A DNA stretch of 64,000 nt from an uncultured Actinomycetota bacterium (lineage in GTDB: Bacteria; Actinomycetota; Acidimicrobiia; Spongiisociales; UBA4744). Position numbers and translations under genes: made by a program. Location of the stretch: NCBI GenBank assembly GCA_963707435.1, contig CAVPPF010000005.1, forward strand, positions 70,832 to 134,831. Direction: 5' to 3'. Below are positions 1 to 9,764 of this stretch, in pieces (position 1 is the first letter of the stretch; every line of letters starts with the position of its first letter). The notes under the pieces were generated by a model. It ran no database searches. It saw only the letters and a list, made by a program, of their open reading frames with translations, and was not told the DNA's origin.

Positions 1-499
1 TGGCATCGGAGATCGCCGCCCGGATGTTGCGAGGCGGAAACCGCTTGGGATCCATATCGAGATCGCGCACGCACATCGTGACCAGACGCAAGGAGTCGGC
101 ATCGTCGTAGATCGTGAACGAGGACCGGTACCCGAGCCGGGGGGCTTCCCGCCGCAGAATTCGGGCACAGGCACTGTGGAAGGTCGACACCCACATGGCC
201 CGCACCGCACCGCCGACCAGTCGCTCGACACGCTCCTTCATCTCGTTGGCAGCCTTGTTCGTGAAGGTGATCGCCAGGATCGCGTGGGGCGGAACCCCGA
301 GGTCCCGGATCAGGTGCGCAATCCGGTAGGTCAGGACCCGGGTCTTGCCGGACCCTGCCCCGGCAACAACCAGCACGGGCCCCTCGGTAGCGGCCACCGC
401 CTCCCGCTGGACGGGGTTCAGCGAGTCGAACAGCGGGGACTCGGCCGGATCGACCTCAGCCGCGAACAACGCGTCGTCGGAGGAAGCGAAGGATTGCAT
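1..499 (-). CDS. pcrA: ATP-dependent DNA helicase (UvrD/PcrA family), N-terminal part; the gene continues past the window start
   Basis: Reverse-strand translation from the ATG at 499 gives MQSFASSDDALFAAEVDPAESPLFDSLNPVQREAVAATEGPVLVVAGAGSGKTRVLTYRIAHLI...AITFTNKAANEMKERV, with the UvrD Walker A (GAGSGKT) and motif Ia. It runs off position 1. Confidence 0.75.
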   Translation of the reverse strand, partial: MQSFASSDDALFAAEVDPAESPLFDSLNPVQREAVAATEGPVLVVAGAGSGKTRVLTYRIAHLIRDLGVPPHAILAITFTNKAANEMKERVERLVGGAVRAMWVSTFHSACARILRREAPRLGYRSSFTIYDDADSLRLVTMCVRDLDMDPKRFPPRNIRAAISDA

Positions 500-562
500 G
501 GGTCGATGGTACCCGCCCGCACCGACCTAATCACACGTGTGTAACCGCCGGGCCGGGGCCGC

Positions 563-1441
563 TCAGCGAATGGTGACTTCGACCGACCCGTCCGGCCGCA
601 CAACCCGGCCATCTGCGTCCTCTTCGCCCTCTTCGGGAGCCGAGGTTCTGATCGTGAAGCAGAAGCGGCTGCCCGTCGGAAACCGATGCTCGTACCAGAG
701 ATCGCCACCCATCGCTCGAGCCAGCCGCAGTGCAATGGGGAGACCCAGGCCGATCCCCTTGTCGGATCGCGCGTCGCCCTTGGAAAGCTGCTCGAAGTGC
801 GTGAATACCCGGTCGACATCGGCCTCGGGTATTCCGGGTCCGTTGTCGGACACCACGACGAGGTAGAACTCACCGTACGGACTGCCCTCGACGAGAACCT
901 GGTCACCGCCGTACTTGTGGGCGTTCTCCACCAGGTTGCGCAGAACCTGCTGGACCCTTCGCTGGTCGGCATACACAGAGACCCCACCGGGTATCGCCAC
1001 CGAAGCTTCCCGAGCGGATCCGGGTGGGAGAATCGCATTCGTGACGTCGTGGGCGACGTCGGACAGGTCGAACACTTCCAGATCGAGACGAAGCCGGCCC
1101 GCCTCCAGCCGGGGAATCACGAGAACGTCCTCAACCAGCTCGGAGAGATGCACGGCCTGCTTGTTGATGATCGTCAGAAACTCGTCGACTTCCTCGCTTG
1201 GCAGGTTCTTCCACGACTCGAGGAGCGTGTCCGTGAAACCGGCAATGGAGGTCAGCGGCGTGCGGAGCTCGTGGCTGACCATCGAGACGAACTCGTTCTT
1301 CATCCGCCTGGCCCGATCGGCCGATTGGGTGGCGAACTTCTCTCGCCCCCGGGCCGCCCGCACAGCACGGAGCGCAGCCACGACGGCCGCGACGGCGACC
1401 ACTACGGCGCTTCCACCTATCAGTTCAGGCAGGTGCTCCAT
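563..1441 (-). CDS. Membrane-anchored sensor histidine kinase (single N-terminal TM, HisKA + HATPase_c, no sensor domain)
   Basis: 292 aa. H-box SHELRTPLTSI; N/G boxes NLVENAHKYG, DNGPGIP, GIGLGL. One hydrophobic N-terminal segment. Confidence 0.85.
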   Translation of the reverse strand: MEHLPELIGGSAVVVAVAAVVAALRAVRAARGREKFATQSADRARRMKNEFVSMVSHELRTPLTSIAGFTDTLLESWKNLPSEEVDEFLTIINKQAVHLSELVEDVLVIPRLEAGRLRLDLEVFDLSDVAHDVTNAILPPGSAREASVAIPGGVSVYADQRRVQQVLRNLVENAHKYGGDQVLVEGSPYGEFYLVVVSDNGPGIPEADVDRVFTHFEQLSKGDARSDKGIGLGLPIALRLARAMGGDLWYEHRFPTGSRFCFTIRTSAPEEGEEDADGRVVRPDGSVEVTIR

Positions 1442-1566
1442 TGTGTTTCAGCCTCCAGCTGAGCGGCATGTTTGCCGCACACTGAGCTATCGACACGAAT
1501 CCCGGCGAGGTTGAGGCCTTCCGGATCGGTCTGAGGCCTTGCCGGTCGCGATGGCGGCCGGCTCGA

Positions 1567-2565
1567 TTAGGAATCTGGATCGCCGTAGAGCGAAGACAGG
1601 CTGAGCCGGGCTTCCTGCTCCAGGAGTTTCTGGTGGTGGTAGGCAGAATCGACCACTGCCGCCAGTGGGAACTCCACCATCCGCAACGTGCGGGCTACCT
1701 GGGGAGAGAAGACCCCGGGCCGTCGCGAACCGATGGCCAGGATCCCCAGCACCTGCCCCCGGGAACGCAAGCCCATCGCGAAGAACGAAGGCCATCCTCC
1801 GGCCGAGTCGGTCTCGGAAAACTCCTCGGTTCCCGACCGCCATACGCCCAGTTCCTCGGGGCTCACCGAAATCGATGCGAGCTGCTCGAGATGGCCGGCT
1901 GCCAGGGCACGGAAATGGTCGAATTCGGCCCGGGAAAGGGCCGTATCCATGCGAATCGCCAGGCGCCGTTCGGCGGCCAGTGCTATCCCGGCCAGGTCGT
2001 AGTCCACGAACCGGCGAAGGATCAACAGCGACTCCTGCACGGTCGTCGGCAGGTCCATGGCACGTGTCGCCATCGTGACGATGTCGTTCACGATGGTCGC
2101 GTCGAACAGTTTGCGGTCGAGCAGTTCTGTCACCCGGGCGAGGACGTCGACCTGATCGAGCTGCTGTGGGTCGACCTCGCCCGTCGTCAACTCGGAAAGG
2201 GCCCGGGTGGCCCGGGCACTTCGAATCGCCGCCAGCAGTTCCTCACCAAGCGATTCCTTGGTCAGATACCCGTCCGCTCCCGACTTCTCGGACCAATACC
2301 GGTCTTCGGCAGAGTCGAGCGCCGTCAAGATCAGGATGGGAATGTGGGCAACCGAGAAGTCTTCTTTGATCAGCCGGCATGCGACGTACCCGCTCATGCG
2401 CGGCATCTTGATGTCCAGGAGCACCATGTCCGGCGGCTCTGAGTAGAACTTCTGGATGGCCTCGATCCCGTCTTCGGCGATGACTACCTCGTAGCCCGCA
2501 TTCCGGAGAAGCGAACTCACCGCAGCCCTGACGACCGGGCTGTCGTCGGCGATCAGGATCCTCAC
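1567..2565 (-). CDS. Response regulator with REC domain plus C-terminal GAF-like domain and no DNA-binding output
   Basis: 332 aa. N-terminal MRILIADDSPVVR...VLLDIKMP (CheY-like receiver). C-terminal roughly 200 aa resembles GAF. The 4-bp ATGA overlap with the upstream CheA-like gene implies an operon. Confidence 0.8.
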   Translation of the reverse strand: MRILIADDSPVVRAAVSSLLRNAGYEVVIAEDGIEAIQKFYSEPPDMVLLDIKMPRMSGYVACRLIKEDFSVAHIPILILTALDSAEDRYWSEKSGADGYLTKESLGEELLAAIRSARATRALSELTTGEVDPQQLDQVDVLARVTELLDRKLFDATIVNDIVTMATRAMDLPTTVQESLLILRRFVDYDLAGIALAAERRLAIRMDTALSRAEFDHFRALAAGHLEQLASISVSPEELGVWRSGTEEFSETDSAGGWPSFFAMGLRSRGQVLGILAIGSRRPGVFSPQVARTLRMVEFPLAAVVDSAYHHQKLLEQEARLSLSSLYGDPDS

Positions 2566-4748
2566 CGGTTCACCTCCGTGCGGTCGGCGGGATCAAACCC
2601 GGTGCGCATCTCGAGCAGCGAGTTGAGCGTGGTAGCCAGCAAGCCCTGCCGCAGGTCGGCCTTGTCGAGATAGGCGTTCACGCCGGCCGCCCATGCCCTG
2701 GCCTGGTCCTCTTCGTCGGCAACGGCCGACACCATCACGACCGGGAGCGCCGGGAGGATGTTCCGAACCGACCGAACGAGGTCGACACCGTCAGAACCCG
2801 GCATGGCGTAGTCGACGACCAGAGCATCGAACTGCTCCGACTGGAGCTTGGCCAGACCTTCATCGGCGTCGCCTGCTACCAGGGTCTCAAATCCCAGGCC
2901 GGTGAGCACCGACCCGACCAGCTGGCGCGCCCCCGCCGAATCGTCCACGACGAGAACCCGCGGCCTCGAAACAACCGAATCCGGAACGGAACGCACCCGG
3001 TCACCCAACCGGTTGGGTTCGACGACCACGACGACCTCTCCCCCGCCGAGCACAGCCGCACCGGTCAGATGGGGGGTTCCCGCCAGCACCGGACCGAGGC
3101 CCTTGACGGCGACTTGCCGCCGGCCGACGATCCTGGGCACCGTCACGGCGATCAAACCCGATCGGGTGGCCAGCACGAGAACCTCGTTGACGGGCTCCGT
3201 CTCGGGAAGCCCGACTGCGGTGGCGAAGGATGAGATCGGCAACCGTTGTCCCTGGTGGATCAACTCCATCCGTTCCTTGCCCGGCCGCACCTCAGCACCC
3301 GACAAGGCGAACGCAGCGACGACGGCAGCACCCGGAATGCCCCACTGGCGGTCCTCGGCCGAAAGGAGCAGCATGTCCTGCAGAGCCCACGACGCCGGGA
3401 GCGTCAGCATGACCGACGTGCCGTGCCCCGGACGGGAATCCACGGTGATTCCACCGTTCAGCATTTCCGCGGTCTCGGCGACCAGCGCCAGGCCGGCCCC
3501 ATCGCCGCTCAGATCGGTCGCTTCGATCGACGTCGAGAATCCGCCCCCGTACAGCAAGCGGGTCAGCTCGCCTTCCCCGGGCGTCTCGTCGCCGGTCAGC
3601 AATCCCCGTTCCCAGGCAGAATCGCGAACGGCATCCCAATCGATGCCGCAACCGTCGTCCTCGACGGTGATCACCAGATTGCTCTTGGACACCTGAGCGC
3701 GCACGGCCAGCAACGCCGTGGCCGATTTGCCTGCTGCTTCCCGCACTTCGGGTGTCTCAATACCGTGATCGATGGCGTTCACGAGCAGGTGCCGCAGCGG
3801 TTCGCGGAGATGCTCGATGATCTGACGATCGACCTCGACTTCGTCACCGGCGAGCTCAAAGCGGATCTGTTTTCCGGTTCGACGGCACAGGTAGCGAACG
3901 AATTGATGGAACGTATCGGTGATCTCGGAGAGCGGCGCGGCTACCAGCTGGAGTGCACGCATCTGGAGATCTTCGACGGCCAGATCGAGGGTTTCCACAG
4001 CGGATTCCCAGCTGGTGGCCAGCGAAGCTACCTCACGGGGATTGCTCGAAACGGCGAAGCGCAGCGCGTGGACCGCCCCCGCCAGGGCGGCGGCGTCGAG
4101 TCGAACCTCCGCAGCCCGGTTGATCAACCGGTACAGCCTCGTTGTTTCAACCCGGGTGGCCGGCCCAACCAGACCGGACTCAACCGAAGACAGCAACCCA
4201 CCGAGATCGAGCAGCTCGGGGCCCGCCATTTCGGGAACGGGTCGAGCGGGTGCCGGAGAAGGCGGGGCCGGGGGTGGCACAGGGTTCGCTTCTGCCGGTG
4301 CGGGAGCCGGCGTCGAGCGGACCGGCGGCGCCGGTTCCGGTTCGTCCGCAACTCCCAGGAAGCTCTCCAGCGCCGTCACCGCTGATTGCAGTCCGGCCGG
4401 CCGGCCGTTGGTGCCTTCGTCCATCGCCCCGAGGAACTCGGCCGCGACGGCCTTCAACACCTCGCCGAGTTCCGGGCTCGGCGCCAGGACACCCTCCGAG
4501 ATATCTCGCCATGCTGCCTCCAGCACCCGGGCCGCTTCGCCCATCTCAACGAACCCCATCACACGTGAGGAGCCCTTGATGGTGTGGGCGTCCCGGAACA
4601 AGGTTGAGAACCGGTCGGTATCCAATCGCCCGGCCATCATGGCAGCGGATCCTTCAATCAGATTTGCGGAGCGTTGCGCGACCTCATCGCGGAAAATCGC
4701 CAGGAGCTCTGCATCGTTGCCCAACTCCACGTTGAACCTCTTCTCCAT
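2562..4748 (-). CDS. CheA-like hybrid histidine kinase: Hpt(P1), Pro-rich linker, dimerization, HATPase(P4), CheW-like(P5), C-terminal REC
   Basis: 728 aa. Hpt motif DAHTIKGSSRVMGF. N-box HLLVNAIDHGIE, G1 DDGCGID, G2 GDGAGLA. A CheW-like segment. C-terminal receiver VLVVDDSAGAR...VVDYAMPG. Confidence 0.85.
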   Translation of the reverse strand: MEKRFNVELGNDAELLAIFRDEVAQRSANLIEGSAAMMAGRLDTDRFSTLFRDAHTIKGSSRVMGFVEMGEAARVLEAAWRDISEGVLAPSPELGEVLKAVAAEFLGAMDEGTNGRPAGLQSAVTALESFLGVADEPEPAPPVRSTPAPAPAEANPVPPPAPPSPAPARPVPEMAGPELLDLGGLLSSVESGLVGPATRVETTRLYRLINRAAEVRLDAAALAGAVHALRFAVSSNPREVASLATSWESAVETLDLAVEDLQMRALQLVAAPLSEITDTFHQFVRYLCRRTGKQIRFELAGDEVEVDRQIIEHLREPLRHLLVNAIDHGIETPEVREAAGKSATALLAVRAQVSKSNLVITVEDDGCGIDWDAVRDSAWERGLLTGDETPGEGELTRLLYGGGFSTSIEATDLSGDGAGLALVAETAEMLNGGITVDSRPGHGTSVMLTLPASWALQDMLLLSAEDRQWGIPGAAVVAAFALSGAEVRPGKERMELIHQGQRLPISSFATAVGLPETEPVNEVLVLATRSGLIAVTVPRIVGRRQVAVKGLGPVLAGTPHLTGAAVLGGGEVVVVVEPNRLGDRVRSVPDSVVSRPRVLVVDDSAGARQLVGSVLTGLGFETLVAGDADEGLAKLQSEQFDALVVDYAMPGSDGVDLVRSVRNILPALPVVMVSAVADEEDQARAWAAGVNAYLDKADLRQGLLATTLNSLLEMRTGFDPADRTEVNR

Positions 4749-4806
4749 TGAGCACTCGTCGTTTCAGGAATATCGGACGACCAGCACGGCGACTTGAGAG
4801 AAAGGA

Positions 4807-6378
4807 CTATTCCCACTCAATGGTGGCGGGAGGCTTCGAGGAGACGTCGTAGGCGACGCGGTTGATACCCGTGACCTCGTTGATCACCCGGCTCGAGATG
4901 CGTTCGAGCACCTCATGCGGCAACCGCGCCCAGTCGGCCGTCATCGCGTCCTCGCTCGTCACGGCCCGAACGATCAGCGGATAGGCGTACGTGCGCCCGT
5001 CGCCTTGCACGCCGACCGTCTTGACCGCCGGAAGGACCGCGAACGACTGCCAGAGTTCCCGATAGAGGCCTGCCCGGCGGACCTCCTCGAGAACGATGGT
5101 GTCGGCCGCCGCCAGAATCTCGAGACGTTCCCGGGTGACCTCTCCGATGATGCGCACGGCCAGACCCGGTCCGGGAAACGGCTGCCGCCAGACGATCTCC
5201 TCCGGCAGACCCAACTCGGTTCCGATCGCTCGCACCTCGTCTTTGAAGAGGTCCCGGAGCGGTTCAACCAGCTCGAACGTCATGTCCTCAGGCAGGCCGC
5301 CCACGTTGTGATGGCTCTTGATCCTGGCCGCATCCTTGGTGCCCGACTCGATGATGTCCGGATAGAGGGTCCCCTGCACCAGGAAGTTGGTATCGGTCAG
5401 ATCGACCGCCACCTCTTCGAACACGCGAATGAATGTCTCCCCGATGATCTTCCGTTTCGATTCCGGATCGGTGACACCGGACAATGCATCCAGGAAGCGG
5501 TCTTGAGCCTTGACGTGGATCAGATTGATGCGGAACGTTCGCCGGAACGTCTCCTCGACTTGTTCGGCTTCACCGGCGCGCAGGAGCCCATGATCGATGA
5601 ACACGCACGTCAACTGGTCGCCGACTGCATGGTGAACCAGGGCGGCCGCTACCGACGAGTCGACTCCTCCCGACAGTCCACACATCACTTTTTCGGACCC
5701 GACCTGGCTCCTGATGGCATCAACCGACTGCTCGATGATCGAATGGTGGGTCCAGTTGGGCCGCAGCTGGCACACATCGAAGAGAAAACGCTTGATGATC
5801 TCGGTCCCGCGCGGCGTATGACCAACTTCGGGGTGGAACTGAACCCCGTAACGGCGCCCCTCGCGATGCTCCATCGCAGCTACCGGCGATCCGGACGTGG
5901 ACGCAACGACCCGGAACCCAGGAGGTGCCTCCACCACGGCGTCCCCGTGGCTCATCCACACGTCCTGGGTTTCGGGGAGTTCGGCAAACAGGCCGGAACC
6001 GTCCGCGACGGTGAGCTCCGTCTTGCCGTATTCGGCACTTCCCGTCCGGGCAACCCGGCCACCAAGCCCGTGGGCGAGCAACTGGTGGCCGTAGCAGATC
6101 CCCAGGATCGGCACGTCGAGATCGAAGATGTCCGGATCAATCTCGTAGGCGTCGTCGGCGTAGACCGAGGCAGGCCCTCCCGAGAGAATCAGACCGGACG
6201 GATTGAGGGCCATCACCTCTGCAGCCGTGATGTCCCGGGGAACGATCTCCGAGAGGACATGCGCTTCGCGGACCCGCCGGGCGATCAACTGGGCGTACTG
6301 GGCACCGAGATCGACGACCAGGACGCGATCGAAATCCCCCGTCGACGCCTGACCGAAGGAACCTTCCCGGGTGGTCAC
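4807..6378 (-). CDS. guaA: GMP synthase (glutamine-hydrolyzing)
   Basis: 523 aa. GATase-1 motif GICYGHQ, PP-loop SGGVDSSV, and a conserved C-terminal dimerization domain ending IEWE. Confidence 0.97.
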   Translation of the reverse strand: MTTREGSFGQASTGDFDRVLVVDLGAQYAQLIARRVREAHVLSEIVPRDITAAEVMALNPSGLILSGGPASVYADDAYEIDPDIFDLDVPILGICYGHQLLAHGLGGRVARTGSAEYGKTELTVADGSGLFAELPETQDVWMSHGDAVVEAPPGFRVVASTSGSPVAAMEHREGRRYGVQFHPEVGHTPRGTEIIKRFLFDVCQLRPNWTHHSIIEQSVDAIRSQVGSEKVMCGLSGGVDSSVAAALVHHAVGDQLTCVFIDHGLLRAGEAEQVEETFRRTFRINLIHVKAQDRFLDALSGVTDPESKRKIIGETFIRVFEEVAVDLTDTNFLVQGTLYPDIIESGTKDAARIKSHHNVGGLPEDMTFELVEPLRDLFKDEVRAIGTELGLPEEIVWRQPFPGPGLAVRIIGEVTRERLEILAAADTIVLEEVRRAGLYRELWQSFAVLPAVKTVGVQGDGRTYAYPLIVRAVTSEDAMTADWARLPHEVLERISSRVINEVTGINRVAYDVSSKPPATIEWE

Positions 6379-6384
6379 GCCCGC

Positions 6385-7542
6385 CTACCCCATGCCGACG
6401 CGCTGGGAACGCTGCAACGACTTGCCCTCGGTCTGCAGCGACGGGGCAATCATCACTTCGGCCTTCTGAAACTCTTTGACGTCTGCGTAGCCGGTGGTTG
6501 CCATCGACATCCGCAAGCCGCCGAAGAGGTTCCGCCGGCCGTCGTTCTCGTGCGCCGGACCGACCAGGATCTCCTCGAGCGTGCCGAGATCACCCACCTC
6601 GACGCGAGTTCCCCGCGGCAGGGTCGGGTGGAAAGTTGCCATGCCCCAATGAACTCCGCGGCCGGGAGCCTCGGTCGCCGCCGCCAGCGGTGATCCGACC
6701 ATGACGGCATCGGCACCGCAGGCAATAGCTTTGGCAACGTCACCGCCCGTGCGCATGCCACCGTCGGCGATGACGTGCACGTACCGGCCGGTCTCGTCGA
6801 GATACCGGATCCGCGCTCCGGCGGCGTCGGCAATGGCCGTTGCCTGAGGAACCCCCACCCCGAGCACGGCGCGAGTCGTGCAGGCGGCGCCCGGACCCAC
6901 ACCGACGAGGACGCCAACGGCCCCGGTCCGCATCAGGTGGAGGGCGGTCGAGTAGGAGGCACAACCTCCCACGATCACGGGCAGTTCAAACCCGGAAATG
7001 AACTCCTTGAGGTTGAGCGGCTCCGCCCGGGTCGATACGTGCTCGGCCGAGACAACCGTGCCCTGCACGACCAGGATGTCGAGGCCGGCCTTCACCGTGA
7101 GCGGGGCAAGGGACGCAGTTCGCTGCGGCGTCAGACTGCCTGCAACAACAACACCGCTCTCCTTGATCTCTCCGATTCGCCGTTCGATCAATCCTTCTTT
7201 GACGGGCTCCAGGTAGATCTCCTGCATGCGCAGGGTGGCCTTGTCCGCAGGGAGTTCCGCTATCTCCTCGAAGTAGGGCTCCGGGTTCTCGTACCGGGTC
7301 CAGAGCCCTTCCAGGTTGAGCACACCCAGACCACCCAGCTTCCCGATCGCAATCGCCGTTGCCGGGCTGATGGCCGAGTCCATGGCGGAACCCAGCATGG
7401 GCAGGCGAAACCGGAAGGCGTCCATCTGCCATGCAATGTCAACATCGTCGGGATCGCGCGTCCGCCGGCTGGGAACGATGGCGATATCGTCGAAGCCGAA
7501 TGCCTGGCGACCCGACTTGCCGATGCCGATGTCAATTTCCAT
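6385..7542 (-). CDS. guaB3: IMP dehydrogenase-family protein (GuaB3-like, no CBS pair)
   Basis: 385 aa TIM-barrel IMPDH/GMPR-family sequence (GGCASYSTALHL, IADGGMRTGGDVAKA). It lies immediately upstream of guaA, as in mycobacteria. Confidence 0.8.
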   Translation of the reverse strand: MEIDIGIGKSGRQAFGFDDIAIVPSRRTRDPDDVDIAWQMDAFRFRLPMLGSAMDSAISPATAIAIGKLGGLGVLNLEGLWTRYENPEPYFEEIAELPADKATLRMQEIYLEPVKEGLIERRIGEIKESGVVVAGSLTPQRTASLAPLTVKAGLDILVVQGTVVSAEHVSTRAEPLNLKEFISGFELPVIVGGCASYSTALHLMRTGAVGVLVGVGPGAACTTRAVLGVGVPQATAIADAAGARIRYLDETGRYVHVIADGGMRTGGDVAKAIACGADAVMVGSPLAAATEAPGRGVHWGMATFHPTLPRGTRVEVGDLGTLEEILVGPAHENDGRRNLFGGLRMSMATTGYADVKEFQKAEVMIAPSLQTEGKSLQRSQRVGMG

Positions 7543-7600
7543 CAGAATCCTCCGCCAATCAGGAAACCCTCACGGTAGCTCGCCCAGCTCGCAGTGCTAA

Positions 7601-7645
7601 GTCGTCAGACATCAGTTTTCGGTTGTCAGCTATCAATCATCAGAG
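7601..7645. repeat. Heptamer-periodic array (NTCAGNN)x6 in the guaB3 upstream spacer
   Basis: gtcagac atcagtt ttcggtt gtcagct atcaatc atcagag shows 7-nt periodicity. Confidence 0.5.
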
Positions 7646-7720
7646 TCGAACGCCGATTTGCGGGCTGCACAAGCCACACCGACACCTGCGAACGAAGCGC
7701 GAAGCTACGGAAGACTGAAA

Positions 7721-7775
7721 ACTCGAGTACCGAGTACCGAGTACCGAATACTGAGTACTGAATACTGAGTACTCT
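7721..7775. repeat. Tandem heptamer repeat (GAGTACY)x7; contains repeated AGTACT/GGTACC palindromes
   Basis: actcgagtac cgagtac cgagtac cgaatac tgagtac tgaatac tgagtac tc. It ends 8 nt before the CPBP start codon. Confidence 0.9.
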
Positions 7776-7783
7776 TCTCTCCC

Positions 7784-8545
7784 GTGAACCTGCCACCGCT
7801 CTCCGCCCCGCCATCGCATCGCTGGCGTTTCAGCGACTTCCTGTTCGTCTGGTTGGCCGGGTTCGTCGCATCCCTGATAGGCACCGCCGTCGGGATCGCC
7901 CTCGGTATGGGAGGGTCGCTCGAGGACCTGGCAGTCAGCGTTCCGCCCGAGTTGTTGTTCTGGGTAGCCCTCCCTGCCCAGTTCTTCGGGATGTTGCTGG
8001 CCCTGGCCTGGGTGAGTCAGCGGCGCGGATCGGGCAGTTTCGCAACGGATTTCGGATTCTCGATCCGGGTGCAGGACATCGGGTTCCTGTTCCTCGGCAT
8101 GCTGCTGCTTCTGGTCCTGGCGTTCGCGTTGACGCCGCTGGCAGAGCTGTTCGGAGTCGACGAAACCCCTCAAGTAACGACCGAGGCCATCGCCCAGGTC
8201 GTGGATCTCCCGACCCAACTCATGATCGTGCTGGCGGTGGCGATTGTCACGCCGATCGTTGAAGAGTTGACGTTTCGCGGTTTGCTCCTCCGCTTTCTGG
8301 AGGAACGGATGAACCCCCGGCGGGCCCTCGTGATCTCAGCAGTGCTCTTCGGGGCGTTCCACGTGCTGGGGACGAGCGGAACGGCCGGAGCCATCATCGC
8401 CATGGTGCAGACGTTTCTGGCCGGGCTGGTTCTGGCGTACGTGACCCAGAAGTCGGGCAAGCTGAGCCGCGCCATCTTCGTCCACGCCGGCTTCAATCTG
8501 ATCACGATTCTCGTGCTCTTCTTCGTCCCGGATCTGGGGATCTGA
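7784..8545 (+). CDS. CPBP-family intramembrane metalloprotease (CAAX protease / Abi)
   Basis: 253 aa, multi-TM. Conserved EELTFRG and FGAFHV motifs. Confidence 0.8.
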   Translation: MNLPPLSAPPSHRWRFSDFLFVWLAGFVASLIGTAVGIALGMGGSLEDLAVSVPPELLFWVALPAQFFGMLLALAWVSQRRGSGSFATDFGFSIRVQDIGFLFLGMLLLLVLAFALTPLAELFGVDETPQVTTEAIAQVVDLPTQLMIVLAVAIVTPIVEELTFRGLLLRFLEERMNPRRALVISAVLFGAFHVLGTSGTAGAIIAMVQTFLAGLVLAYVTQKSGKLSRAIFVHAGFNLITILVLFFVPDLGI

Positions 8546-8586
8546 GATCGGGCCCTCCCGGCCCTTTGACCTCGAAAGCTGCGCTG

Positions 8587-9594
8587 CTAGGCCCCGCCGG
8601 CAGGGCGGGCATCGAAGCCGAGTTTCTTCCGCACGGAGGCCATCTCGCCCTCCGCCCGCATGCGAGCGTCGAGGGCTCCCTTGACCATGATGTGAGTGAC
8701 TTCTTCATCGTCCAGCGCTTTGAAACCCGTCCGGATCGAACTGAGACCCTCGACCACGGCTTCAGCGACGGTCACCTTGAAGTGTCCATACTGCGTTTCG
8801 TGGTATTCCTCGACCAGGTTGTCGACGGACCGGCCCGTGAAGAGGGAGAGAATATCCAGGAGGTTCGAGATCCCGGGCTTCTTGTCCCGGTCGTAGACGA
8901 TCTCATTACCCGAGTCCGTGACGGCCGATTTGAACCGCTTGCGGATCGTGTCCGGCTCGTCGAGCAAGAGAACCCGGCTGCTCGGGTCTTCGTCGGATTT
9001 CGACATCTTGGACGTCGGATCCTTCAACGACATGATGCGGGCGCCGACCTCCGGCGTGATCTGCTCGGGAAGGGGAAACTCTGCTCCAAATCGGGAATTG
9101 AATCGTTCGGCCAGGTCACGCGCCAGTTCGAGGTGCTGGGTCTGGTCGTCACCGACCGGAACGGCGTGGGCCTTGTGGACCAGGATGTCGGCGGCCATCA
9201 GCACCGGGTAGGCGTACAGACCGAGGTTCCTTCCGGCCTTGTCGGCCTTCTCCTTGAACTGGGTCATTCGATTCAGTGCCCCCAGGGATGTGATCGTGCT
9301 CAGCATCCACGACAGCTCAGCATGCTGAGGGACCTGGCTCTGGAAATACAGCAGCGAACGCCCGGGATCAACCCCGACGGCCAGCAGCAACTTGGCCGTG
9401 TTCAACCGACTCCGGTGAAGTGCCACCGGGTCGTAGGGCACCGTTATCGCGTGCAGGTCAACGACGCAGTAGATCGCGTCGTAGCTCTCCTGGAGCTTCA
9501 CCCAGTTGCGCAGTGCTCCGAGATAGTTGCCGATGTGGATGTCACCGGTCGGCTGAATACCGGAGAACACCGTCTTCTTGTCACTCACCTTCAT
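8587..9594 (-). CDS. trpS: Tryptophan--tRNA ligase
   Basis: MKVSDKKTVFSGIQPTGDIHIGNYLGA (HIGH motif) and KMSKS. Start taken at the ATG at 9594, preceded by GGAGGAG; the longer ORF to 9717 is an upstream extension. Confidence 0.93.
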   Translation of the reverse strand: MKVSDKKTVFSGIQPTGDIHIGNYLGALRNWVKLQESYDAIYCVVDLHAITVPYDPVALHRSRLNTAKLLLAVGVDPGRSLLYFQSQVPQHAELSWMLSTITSLGALNRMTQFKEKADKAGRNLGLYAYPVLMAADILVHKAHAVPVGDDQTQHLELARDLAERFNSRFGAEFPLPEQITPEVGARIMSLKDPTSKMSKSDEDPSSRVLLLDEPDTIRKRFKSAVTDSGNEIVYDRDKKPGISNLLDILSLFTGRSVDNLVEEYHETQYGHFKVTVAEAVVEGLSSIRTGFKALDDEEVTHIMVKGALDARMRAEGEMASVRKKLGFDARPAGGA

Positions 9595-9728
9595 CTCCTC
9601 CGATAGCCCCGGGATGGTACCGCACCGAACGGTGATCGCTTCGAAGACGGATCTTGTGCCGGCGCTCACGTACGGCCGAACGCCCCCATGGTTGACGCCC
9701 GTGCTTCGATCGGTCATACTGCGCCGCC

Positions 9729-9764
9729 ATGTTCATGCCCGTTGCCATCATCATTATCGTGTAG
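9729..9764 (+). CDS. Candidate Ile/Val-rich leader peptide MFMPVAIIIIV
   Basis: atg ttc atg ccc gtt gcc atc atc att atc gtg tag. Four consecutive Ile codons plus Val in an AT-richer 12-codon ORF, 70 nt upstream of citramalate synthase. Confidence 0.5.
   Translation: MFMPVAIIIIV

Noticed and set aside
1442-1566. Hairpin GCGGCAtgttTGCCGC between the regulator and HK genes as a terminator
   Set aside because: No U-tract on the relevant (minus) strand. It is more likely incidental intra-operon structure.
8587-9717. N-terminal 41-aa extension of trpS (start at 9717)
   Set aside because: The canonical TrpRS N-terminus MKVSDKKTVFSGIQPTGDIHIGNYLGA begins at 9594 with a GGAGGAG SD. The upstream extension overlaps the divergent cimA leader region.
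9595-9728. Possible T-box leader for trpS (GGTGCGGTACC resembles the T-box core GGGTGGTACCGCG)
   Set aside because: Only a loose partial match. There is no specifier-loop or antiterminator architecture, and the region is too short. On the opposite strand it is better explained by the cimA leader peptide.
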